Shown here one piece after another: positions 13,400 to 24,557 of a stretch of DNA of 64,000 bases. The position numbers and the translations under genes were made by a program. The notes under the pieces are model-generated. The model was given only the letters and a program-made list of their open reading frames with translations. It was not told where the DNA came from and made no database searches. Source of the stretch: Anthoceros angustus (lineage: Eukaryota > Plantae > Anthocerotophyta); assembly GCA_010909165.1 (NCBI GenBank), contig VJWM01000107.1, positions 930,001 through 994,000 on the forward strand, given 5' to 3'. The stretch's first letter is position 1, and every line of letters starts with the position of its first letter.

Positions 13400-13560
13400 A
13401 TGGCGCAAAGAGTATGCCAGGCAATGTTGTGACCATCTCATCGATATAGATCCTCAAAACGTGTCTTCGTATGCAATACTGGCCAGCATGTGTGCGAACG
13501 CCGGTAAGTGGTCAGAAGCAGTTAAGATAGAAGACTCGAGAAAGGCCGCAGGTGCATGCG
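13400..13560 (+). pseudogene. Remnant of a PPR E domain
   Basis: One frame reads ARQCCDHLIDIDPQNVSSYAILASMCANAGKWSEAVKIEDSRKAAGA, similar to the E motifs of the PPRs at 24558 and 38086. Confidence 0.6.
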
Positions 13561-14855
13561 GTGGAAGGGATCAACGGTGGAGAGGCAAATCAATGTAGCA
13601 ACCTTGGTACAGTAGAAAGTCTTGTCGTTTCAAGGTAGCAACTCCAGACTTTCGCTTACACATTCCGAAGGGATGTCATGAGTTGGCTTGTTGGTCCAGA
13701 CGAGCCAACTAACAAGGAGACTGTGCTTCACACCCCAATCCGTCCATGAAGCTAAGTAAAGAGAGCTGTCACAGCAATACTTCACCTGCGTTTCGATGCC
13801 TAAAGGAATCTTGTGTGGCTAATCCTGAGCTCGCTAGAGATAAACAGACAACGGGGGCTCGGTTCGCACATCAACAATTCCTGCTTAGGGTGCAAACGGC
13901 TAGTGTGAAGTGAACAAAAATCCCGCCGGGTCCATGCTTTCAAGGGGAAACCAGAGTACCAGTCAGGCAGTTCATGGGCAGTGACATCCTTCGACTGCTT
14001 GTCATGGGTGCATGCACCGCCTGTAATGAAGGATTTCATCATGGCATTTCATGTCTCACCACCTTCTCACAAACACGCCACGAGCACCCATATCATCCCA
14101 CCTTGCTTACATGTGTACCAAACTGTTGGCCAAGAAAATTTCATCCTTTAGCCCTCCTCTCCATTCTGAGTGACGCTGCTCCCTGCCTCCATCCTGAGCT
14201 GCCCACAGTTGCACATGCCTGCATGAGGGACAAAAAAGTCACTGAAACAGGTACAGCAGGTATCCAGGCGTCTCTAGGCACGACCGCAAGCATGTGGCAA
14301 ACACTTTCAAACAGGCGGTAGGTGAATACAGAGCCACTCAGGAGATGGTACGAAGTCTGGAGTGACCAACCAAACCTAACGTGGAGATAAATGTTGTTGT
14401 CGTCGCTTCTGTAAGGCCTGGTTCTCAGAGGCTTCAGACCGATCTACCTCAGCGCGCGGCATTTTCCGATGGCTGTCAGCAGGCGCAGGCGCACGTTCCA
14501 CTGCCACCCTCCGCAGTGTTGACACTCCCTGTACGCGTCCTGGCAATTGCAATCGAAGTAGCTCCCCCACAGATCCACAGATGGGAGTTCTTGCAGCGCT
14601 GGCGAGTCGGACTCCAGCTCTGCAAGCAATGCATGCAGCTGAGGCTTCACCCTGGTATCTCTCAACGATTTCGCCAAGGTTTCGCCCCTGCCTTTCTTTT
14701 CCCACGAGGTGCCCATGATAGAGATGTGATGCAGGCTGATGTTGGTGGACAGACATTGAATCAGGTCGAGGGAGGAATAAGGCTGCCTGGCTCAGCATTC
14801 TTCTGCCGGTCAAGCAATTACATACATAGCAAACCAAAGCTGACAATTCGGGAGC

Positions 14856-15682
14856 ATGGAGGATGTGCGCCCAGAGCTGGTGGAGAGGAACTTGCGCCCG
14901 GGGCTGGTGGAAAGGATCCTGCGCCAGGAGCTTGTGGAGAAGATCTTGGCGGTCATGCCTAGAGACGACGCCATCCGGGCAGGAGTGGTGTGTCACCAAT
15001 GGCTCAATATAGTGTCCTCCCCATCCTTCAGCAAGCTCTGCAGCTGGACCTTGTCAGCATGTGACAAGGTATGCTTTCCAGCAATGTTCTCGCGTGGGTC
15101 ACTGGCCGGATGGGACCTGGACCTGGAGCAGCAGAAGAACAAGCTGCCAAGTTTGGCTCCTGTGTTCGGTCTTTTTCCACCATGTGTCTGGCGAGTCAGA
15201 AGGGATTGCTTTGCCTGACTTTGCAAAAGGAGACTTTGATAACCAATCCTGTGACGGGGGACAGTGAGAGGGTTGCCTTGTTTGAGGTCGCGGATTGAAG
15301 GTGACAGGGAGCTGGCCGGGTGTTACAGTTCCTCCTTGTCTAGTGCATCTTTGGAGGTTGATTACGATGGGCAGTCGTACACCCTGCTGGGTGTGTGCAG
15401 AAGAAAGGCTGGGGGGGAGAGTCTTGCGGCAGGTCCTGCCAGGGTTGTGCTGTATGGATCAGGGTCTTCGTCTTGGACCGTGTATGCTCATTCCTACCCT
15501 TCGTCTTTTTAATTTTCCCCGCAATCCTTTTTTTCAGCAGTTCTGCTTCTGCTTATTTTATTTGCGAGGAGCAGGAAATGGCCTTTACTTACGTGGTTGA
15601 GCCTCGCCGATTCTTGAACGCCTGTCTGCTGGTCCTGTTTGTGCTGGTTGTGTTCACTTGTGTCTGGTCCGTTTGCTTCTAG
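14856..15682 (+). pseudogene. F-box protein (F-box plus associated beta-propeller-like region), frameshifted
   Basis: LVEKILAVMPRDDAIRAGVVCHQWLNIVSSPSF is an F-box motif. CLASQKGLLCL...LITNPVTG continues in another frame, followed by a stop and further frame changes. Confidence 0.75.
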
Positions 15683-15744
15683 GGCCGTGGAGAAGCTGGT
15701 CGACAGCCATCAGAGATGGGCGGACGAGCTGGCTTTTTTAAACT

Positions 15745-15920
15745 GCTCGTAACTGAGATGCCTGCAATTTTTGCAGGATGCAAGGGTTGGGCAAGAGCAG
15801 AGGAAAGTGACAAGCTTAAGCAGAAATGCTCGCAGGTTGCAGACAGCATGTTGGTCACGTCTAGCCAGATTCTTTAAAATGGAAACTCTCCCTGCTTGGG
15901 ACCGTGTCATTCAGGGTTAG
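15745..15920 (+). pseudogene. Orphan copy of the start of the TRFL large exon
   Basis: Matches 3725-3895 (gacaagcttaagcagaaatgctcgcaggttgcagacag...) but has an in-frame TAA where 3846 has CAA. Confidence 0.8.
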
Positions 15921-16441
15921 AGGAAGCATGTTGCACTAAACTTCAGGAAAACATCGGAAACTTCAAGGAAGACATTGGCATCCCGGAACTGTATGGCGGA
16001 AAGAAGGGCCTTCCATGGAGTTTCAAGGGAAAGAATTTCGCGACGTAGGCAACTCGCAGAGTGGAAGCATAACCGCTGGAGCTGAGAGCTGCGGTGCAAC
16101 TACAGGGTACACTTGTTTTCAAGGCTTCATACCTGGCATGTAACGCATTCGCATAAAGCCTGAATCATTGATTTAACGAAGAGGCAGGGAAGCTGACCTT
16201 CCCCGAGAGGGTGGAAGGGAGCACCCTACGCAATGGTGGACCCAAGAACGACCAGGAAAAAAAAGATAAAGGCAGATAAACGCGCATGATGGAAGAATTT
16301 CCTAACTTACGCACAATCAGTGTGCTACACTTCGTAAGCGCATTCCATTGTCTGAGGCTATACGCAGACATGCCTGGCACATTTCTACCGAATGTGCCCA
16401 ATGGGAGGTGAGTTTTTGTAAGACGCGGGATATGATTTCAT

Positions 16442-17817
16442 TCAGGCTGCATGCGCCTGTAGCATTCGATCTGGCAGTTCGAACTTCTTCTGCCAGCCTT
16501 GAATGATGAGAGCATCCGGAGAGTCTGTCTTCTGGAAGCTAGGCCGCGACTCCATTTCCTAAAAACTTGCAAAGCCGAACATCGTCAGGGCACCCGCTCG
16601 GGGCTGGGCAAAGCAAGGTTTTACGTTTAAAGCAAGGTTTTACGTTTGTTACCTGCACGTAGTTCTGAACTGCTTTGAATTCCTCAGGAATGCAGAAGCC
16701 GTAGAAGTGCTCGAGAGCAACTCTGGCATGCCTCAGTTTTGGAGCCAGGGCGAAGTCGGAAATAGTAGGTTCGTCTCCCGCTATATAGGGACCCTGCGTA
16801 TCAACCAGAGCCCCGTCGTGTTAGGCTTTCCTTTGAAGCTTTTCACCGTTTAGTGATGGTGAACTTGAGTCCCAAGTTTTCACTTACATGCTTCTTCAGT
16901 TCTTCATCCAAAGACTGAAGCTGCTTCACATACTCTTCCTTGGATGGATCCTCCGGATTCTTCTTCTTTAACCAGGCCGTGAATGCCGGAAACAAGCCCT
17001 CCCCCCTGAGACAATGCGCTGCTGTAAGCGCGACCTTCTCGATTCTGGAAGCGGGAACCGATGTCCTCTATGGAAGTTGCAAATGCTTACACTTTCGTAT
17101 ATTCCTCAGGTGTTTTGAGGGAAGGCTCGGGATATTTCTCCTCAAGGTATTGCGCGATCTCTTGAGAGTCCTGTAGCCAGAAGTCTCCATCCCGGAGCAC
17201 CGGCATCAGCCCCGAGGGATTCTTCTCGATAAACCTGAGCATACACACGGCATTGTTAGAATGTAGCCGAGTCCAATTCATTTCTCGCGTAGGAGATCGA
17301 GAGCTCTACCAGCCGGGCTTGTCGGGCCCTTCCTGGATGTAGGTGGCTGTGTATGGAAGCCCCTTCTCTGCAAGATTTGGTTTCAAGGTTAGCTTTCATC
17401 ACCAGATTCCATTCCTCATCTAGTATTTCTAAACAGCTACCATTGATTCAACATATTGAAGTCACCTTCAAGCTCCAGATAAACGCTCTGAGAGAACGGA
17501 CCTGCAAGGAAGGACGATGAACATTGTGAGCCACACTGACCAAATCTATCAAACAATGGAATCAGGCATGCTGATCGCGAGCAATAGTGCTCACAGTCTC
17601 CGCGTTCCTTGCTTGGGCTGCCAGTGCCTGATTTTGCCTTGCCGAAGGCTTCCAAATCCGGTTTTTGAGCCATGGTGCGAATTCTTAATCTGCTTTCGAA
17701 CTGAGTGTTCCCGCCGAATCTAGCTCCAGATGCGATGAAAAAACTGACGGGCTTATGGGGCAAATTGTTAGGGAGCGCGGCAAGGAGAGACTGAACAACC
17801 GCTGGCGGAGCTCTCAT
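16442..17817 (-). CDS. DHAR: Dehydroascorbate reductase (GST superfamily). Exons 17817-17595, 17501-17466, 17367-17310, 17234-17091, 17005-16888, 16793-16653, 16558-16442; possible N-terminal transit peptide
   Basis: Spliced product reads ...KERGDCPFSQSVYLELEEKGLPY...KPGWFIEKNPSGLMPVL...LEEKYPEPSL...GPYIAGDEPTISDFALAPKLRH...SRPSFQKT...IIQGWQKK. All junctions are GT-AG and in frame. The start codon (17817 or 17673) is uncertain. Confidence 0.9.
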
Positions 17818-18616
17818 GAGGGCGGTGCAACAATGCATTTTGCGTCTACGGACCTGTCTCCAGAGCATTAAACCAGTGTGCGATGACAGAAAGAAAACGG
17901 GCCTCCAAGAACATGCAGAATGCCATATGGCATCTGACTTGGGTCCAGAACAAGAGGCCAAGTGGAAACATGCATGATACTGCAGCACGGAGCCCAGGCT
18001 TGAGCTTGCCAGTATCAGCTCATAAGTTAAACAACGACGAATCAACTCAGCTGAGTTAATTACAAAACGATTGTCTCGCTTCCACAAACATACTGCTCGT
18101 ACAGAGCTTTTGCAGCCCACTAAACCGCTGACCTGGCCTATCGAGAATGGGACGCATTAGTTTCTGTGGCCAGACGTCACGCGCAGAGGCAAGCCTTGCT
18201 AAGACACTACCTCATCCCCATTAGAACCTTTGGAGAATCCTTTGCATGGGATCCTCTGGTTTGCGGATCTTCTTTGAGAGTACAGTCTCTACGGGACATT
18301 GCCAGAAAGATTATTCCTTCCTGCGCGCATGGCAAGCTCCAAGATCCGAACCTGGATTTCTGCACAGATGGAAAATGAGGTTATTTGGAGCGTCCCTTGG
18401 GAGATGTATGAAGGTTGGAACCAGCTCAATCCAGAGCGGAACACGCAGCTTACAACCCACCTGCTTCTCGGCCTTCCCCGTTGCAGCCCACTCCTCCAGC
18501 TTGGGATGTGTGGCACCCTGGAAACTGAGTCAATACATCCCAAGATCATACCCGAGAGGTGAGGTGGCTCCCTCGACAACTCAGCTCTCACACACAGTGC
18601 TATGACCGACTTTGAG

Positions 18617-21600
18617 CTACCGCATGATTTTCTCAGCCCCGGTTGTTAGAGTAAACAAAGCGGTGCCCTTCAGAAGCCAAGCAGTATGCTCCGGTTTGTC
18701 TCTCTTGTGTAGAAGTGCCGTCCTTGTTCCATCGTTGAGCTCAGTAAAGTACACGAATGGAAGACGCAGGCTTAGAAAGCTGTCTGGTGGTAGGACGAGG
18801 TCACAACCTACACTGAACTTCACTGCTGACAGCATAGGCTTCGCATAACCCTCCTACACAGCAAAGCATTATTGAAATCCTGCTAAAAGGAGGGGGGAAC
18901 GCAAAATGCACATAACGCCAACATTTAAATACTCGTATCAAAAGAGATCATGAGGTTACCCCGAACTCCACAATGGGACAGGAGGCTAGCAAAAGCGGTG
19001 AAGGAGGTGTAACCTGTTCAACAAACCTGTTGGGTCAATAGATGTGCAGCATCCAAAACAAAGGACGCGACACCCAAGTACCTTCCATTTTGGCCTTTTA
19101 GAAGTCCGTCTTACCAGAAAAATTCGTTGAAGCTGAGAGACTGTTCCAGCAAAGACCACTCCATCCTTCTTTTGAGGTGCGCGGCCAGCTACCTCACAGT
19201 ATGGACAGTTCATAAAGATCGGCAAGTTGGTATTTAGCAGCGTGCGCGCCTCTCCTGATCCTTCCTGAATACTAAAACTCTCTACCTCAGCCAAAGAGCT
19301 AAAGCCTTTCTCCGCAACAAACCCAACTGCAGCATGGCCCAGAGAATCAGATGTCGAGTTGGGATGTGCTGCACTAGATTTTGTTCCCGACGAAAAAGGC
19401 TTTGAGTTTGCAGCTTTGCGGTCCTGCTTGCTTTGCTTGGAAGAGCCTGAGTGGTTCTCAGTTTCCTGCTTTACCACGGCTCCAGGTTGCTGCGGAACTG
19501 AAGGGCTCAATCTGTCAAGGTGCTCGACTGAGAGAAAGAATCTATGCCCGGCAGGGCACTCGTGCTCAAACCCCACATAGACCCGCACATGCTGAGTTAC
19601 TGTGGCTGCCTGACTGTTGGTTAAGATAAATTTGGGAAGCGCCTGCGGCTCCCGATTAACTTCGTCACCCCGTACAGCAGGCCGCTCCAGAGCCTTCACC
19701 TTTGTCTCCCCAAAACGACCAGTCCCTTGAGGGATGTTTGATTCAGAGACCTTGGCAGGAGCATGTGAACTGCTCTCTTTCTTTTCCCTAGCAGATCCCT
19801 TGCTCTGCTTCATATTAACCACAGACTGGCGATCGTTCTTTTGAGGAAGAGGAGGAAATGCAGGATCCCCAAAGAAATTCAATCTCGTGATGACTTCTGT
19901 GGATGCCTTCCTTGTTTCAGGAACAGAAGATACTGCCCGCAAAAAGCCCATCTTCGGCTCTTCTGGAGACCCTTTAGCAGCACCGGATAGCTTGCTAGTC
20001 GGCTTTGCCTCCTCACTGACTCCTAGCTGTGATTCAACATTCCCTGCCCCTGCCTGGAGCGCAGGATCAGGAGACTTCTTGATCTCATCGGACAAGTTGT
20101 TTATCCCAGTTGGGATATTCCTCACAGTCGCAGTGGGAAGAGCTTGTGGCAGAGTCTCCGCGCGTCCTGATGCCTTGGCACAAACTATAGGCAGATCCCA
20201 TACTGCCAGATGATTCTGATTTGGAATGAAACCGCTTTGAGGGAGGCCACTGGATGGTTGATAGTATTGCGCACTTCCCAACCGAACAAGACTCCACGCT
20301 GCTGCTCCCAGAGGCTTATTATCTTCACTCTCTGGTAGAACAATTGTTGGCAACATGTCTTCACAATTTGGAAACTGGAAAAAGGTCACGTTTGCGCTTT
20401 CATAATCAAAGGGATCTTTCCGGAGCCTTCTTGACCTACCACAGGCACATGCATGAAGGAATACAACTCCACTAGAGTGTGACCTCCCAGCATGCTTGTC
20501 CTTGCCAGCACCTGCAACCTTCTTGTCATCCTGTTGCTTTCCTTCGAGATCAGGTACACTTTTAGCCCCTGACCCTTTCACGTCTTCTGGAACTTCATGT
20601 ACTTGGTGTGTACATGGCCTCCCGGTGAGACTTTCTGCATCACAAAGTTGCCTACCAGATCTCCATATCGTCTCACACTCCAGCTTTAACTTGTCCATAT
20701 ACATAGGAACTGCAGGTCCTCGTACCGTAGATCGAAACGAGCGAACAGCTTTCTCCAAATTGATAGTATGCAGAGAAGTGGGATAGCATGGCGGGAGACC
20801 TTTCAGGTACACCTCCCGAGCGGCAGGCATTGCTCTCTTGCACCAAGCAGCTGAAAACTTAAAATCCAAATGAGTTCCACCTTCAAGACATGCTACAGCA
20901 GCTTCCACCGTACCCTTGCTCTGAGCTATGCCCAAAACACCCCTGCCACTGAGTAACAGCCCTGGCGATCCTTTCCTCAGGATAGCTCGAGAGCCTTCCA
21001 AGATCCTGGGAGAAGCAGGCCGTTCAACATCCTCAGTCACTCTAGTCTCACAGCTTGAGAGCGCCTCAGCGATAAGCCTGGATGCTGCAAGCCAGGTAAC
21101 CATACTAGGAAGCTCAGGAGGATTGCATAGAGGTTTTGATCCACCACTTGTCCCAGCAACAGACCCAGCAGCTGCAGAGGCTGCAGCAGCTGCCGCAGCG
21201 GCTGCAACCATGCCAACTCCAGCAGAGCCTCCAGCTGGACTGTTGGAAATCCCACCTCTGCCCCTCAGGATCTCTGCCTGCCGTGAGAGGAATTCCTTCA
21301 TAATCTGTAAGTCCTCCCCAGCCGGACCACTCTTTCCAACAAGATCCAGCAGAGTGTCTTCTGAGCCCCATTTACCATCTAACATGTCCTCCAGCGCATC
21401 TGTTGCGGCATCCAGGGAATCACCACTCTGATTGGATGACCTCTCCACAAGAACAACTGCCCTGGATGGATCCAACACGAAAAGTGCACCTCCCCCTCCA
21501 CCACCGGGAAGCGAGGAGACAACACTGCCAGGGCCTCTAGGGCCCATTCCCGATCCAACTCCAGACCCCAGAGGCCCAGGGTCGCCAGCTGTTGCAACAG

Positions 21601-23329
21601 TCTTACACTTCTTCAGCAGAAACCGTAGTTGAGTTTCAATGGCAGTCTGGATCTTCTTTCGGGACCCTGCCTCCACCTTACTGGGTGACCTGTTGAGAGT
21701 GGCAGTTGAAGACTTTGTCGGAAATGTGTGCCTTGTGAGGGCCATGGTGGATGGAGCAGCAGAGAGCTGAGAAGAAGAGCTGGAACTCCCTGATTCCGTC
21801 GCTTCCTCGGTGCGCCCTGCAGAGGATGGTGACCCATCTGCTGAGTCCCCTATGAAGACAAAGAGGATGACCGGGGTGCACTGCCCTGGAAATAAAACTG
21901 GGGCAGAGCCTGACATGAGCGCAATGATTGAAGTTTGCCGACCAGTTGCACCATTTCTCCCAGAGGAATTGCTAGATGCTAGAGAGACAGGCCTTAGAGG
22001 AGAGGGTCTGCCTGTGCCTGGAGCCAACGGTATCAACCCGGGAAGCACTTGACTTTTTACAAAAGGTGCTAAAGAATGCTTAGCAGACTGCAGAATGCGG
22101 AAGGTGCGCAGGCATCGAGGGTCAAAATGAGCTCCCTCCTGCACAAATAGTATCACATGGCATACCTTCGGGTTGCCAAGGCGAGACTGTGTTAGCCAAT
22201 CACCAAATTAGGTCTACAAGAACGGGAAAGGGACAAAGACTGCACTCCAATTCAACAGTGCTAGCCTAGGTGGCCAACAGAAGATACAAAGCACTTGTAT
22301 ACTCCAGCACTTGTTAGCACAACATTGTCCCTGTCATAACAAGTTGAACAAAATCACTCACGATTCTGCAGCCGTGCCACCACAAGAGCTTCATCATTCA
22401 GGGGCAAAGCTTTAGTGGAAGACCTTACAGAGAACATGAAAAGCAGACCACGCAGTCCTTCAGCTTCCTGCTGCTCCAACGACGACGACGACGACGACGA
22501 CGGCAGCTCGTCCTCAGGCCTGCCGGAAGCCCCCTGCTTGGCGCGTTCCGTCAAGAGAGCGTCTAGCGAGCTCCAACAGAACTGCACATAGAGCACCCCC
22601 TTGTCCTCATCACAGTAGTGCTTCAGCCGGCTCTGAAACGACACCCCCGCCTTCCTCCCATCCCTGTCCTGCTGCTGCACACTCCCCCCGCGCTCCCGAA
22701 CCCTCCCTTGCCCTACATCCCCATCCTTCCTGTCCTCCTGCCCCCCCTTCCTCCTCGGACTCTCCATCCTCCTCCCCCCTGCTCCTGCATCCCCCAACCT
22801 CCCCGCGTTCTCATCCTCGGACTGCGATCCCGCTCTGCCCTCCGCCTTCTTCCCTCTCCCACTGACATAAAACGCCCTCTCCTCCCTATACATCTCCTTC
22901 CCCACCCGCACCTCCTCCCCGCTCCTTCTCCTCCCTCTCCTCTCCTCTCCTCTCCTCTCCTCCCTCCCAGCCCTCCTCCCCGCCTCGCCCGCCTCCACAC
23001 CGGGCAGCGAACACCTGGCCATCAAGAAGGCGGTCCAGAAGCTGCGCCACATCCTCCTCCACGGCTCCAATTGCCCCTACCACAACCACGCCGCCTGCCC
23101 CGCCGGCTCCAGCAACCCCGGCTGCAGCAGCCGCATTACTCCCAGCCCCCGCGGGCCCCGACGCCGACGCCGAGGCCGAGGACGCAGAAGCCGATGCCGT
23201 AGGGCTCCCGGAGACCGCCGTCCCAGAAGCAGCAGCAAAGGCAGCGGCTGGCGGGAAGGCTCCCACGGGAGACGCAGCCCCGGCGGACGACGGAGGCGGA
23301 GGTTGCCGACTGAGCACACGCATACTCAT
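18617..23329 (-). CDS. SMG8: Nonsense-mediated decay factor SMG8. Exons about 23329-22429 (with an apparent frameshift near 22950), 22165-19115, 19013-18960, 18853-18617
   Basis: GVVVVG...LLDRLLD, LLFMFS|VCHVILFVQEG, CTPVILFVF, CETIWRSGRQLCDAESLTGRPC, HACACGRSR, YVGFEHECPAGHRF, GCDLVLPPDSFLSLRLPFVY. Confidence 0.9.
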
Positions 23330-24114
23330 GGTGTCCCTCCAAAATCACCTCCTGTCCAGCATCTGTCCCGCATCCCTCCCGGCCCCCCTGCACACAACAT
23401 TGCTCGCCATGCTCATCGCTGCTCTTCTTCCTCCTCCTCCTTCCCCCCTTCCATTCACGGCCCAGCTTCCACGACTCGCAACAAAAAAACATGCCACCGG
23501 ACCCGACCGTTGCCTCACTCCCAAGGCAAGCAAGCATGCTCACGCGCTTACTCACGAGCACATGTATGGCAGCTGCATATCTAACCAGGACTGAAACGCA
23601 CAACAACAACGCCCACCGTTCTTTACTTATCGACACTATTTTTTCACCATCAGTAATAATAAGGATACTAATTTATCGCAAAAAGTAATATTAATTTCAT
23701 ATTAATTTCATTTCATTTATGAATAGGAGCGCGGAGACTTTATAAATGATTGGAAGCCCCATCGACACCGAGGTGTTGGGAAACAACCCTACACACAGGG
23801 CTCGGCCCATTCTACATTAGCCTCTCATTTTGTACCTTGAATTCCCGCTCCTATAATGTTTTAGTCTAGAATAAGGAAGGATCTACTTATCATAGAAGTT
23901 GAAGATGTTGCACGGCTTGTATTATAGTCTACCATAAGCAAAGGGTCTACATACTTACCTCCGGAGTTGAAGATGTTGCATGCCTTACATTCGAACATGT
24001 TTTGAAAATCGTATATCCGAAACGCCCCTTGTGTTAGATGATGGATATTCGTTGCCGGAAGAAAGCCACCTTTCAAAATAGGTAGAAGGAAAGAGTTTCT
24101 TCTTGTGAGGCAGC

Positions 24115-24305
24115 CCACTTGAATGGAATTTTCCTAACATGGGACTTGGTACTGAACAACTCATCCAATGGTGTACCTAAGGTACTTGCACCAAGAGTAT
24201 CCACTCCCTCTAGAAGAAGCCCTATCTATGTACCAATCTAAGCGCACGATGCTTAACATCGATGTTCTTATTAATGCTTGTCCGTTTGCTCTAAGCCATG
24301 TAACA
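24115..24305 (+). repeat. Dispersed repeat, inverted copy at about 49085-49265
   Basis: ccacttgaatggaattttccta...ggacttggt...gcaccaagagtatccactcc aligns by eye to the reverse complement of 49085-49265. Confidence 0.7.
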
Positions 24306-24557
24306 ACTTTTGATAGCAAATACGAAGATCTCAATGGACTAAAGAACTAGGATGTGGTACATCGAAACTTTGTAATACCACTATCCCAATTTCATAGAGG
24401 GAATGACTAGTAGATACGTAAATAAAGATGCTGATTTTTAGGGCAGTGGTAGGTTATTAAATAGTTTGCAAATAATAGCACAAAGCTCTCAAATTACGAA
24501 AGTGATAGCTATGGTGAGCCCTTGCTAGGCTCAGCTTCCGACACTGGTTCCTGAAGG

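Noticed and set aside
13600-14050. Possible decayed DYW domain following the E-motif remnant
   Set aside because: Only scattered short resemblances (VHAFKG, CTAC); too degenerate to call by eye.
14376-14999. Overlapping 207 and 193 aa ORFs upstream of the F-box relic
   Set aside because: No recognisable domain, and they overlap the F-box start. Cannot be supported as genes.
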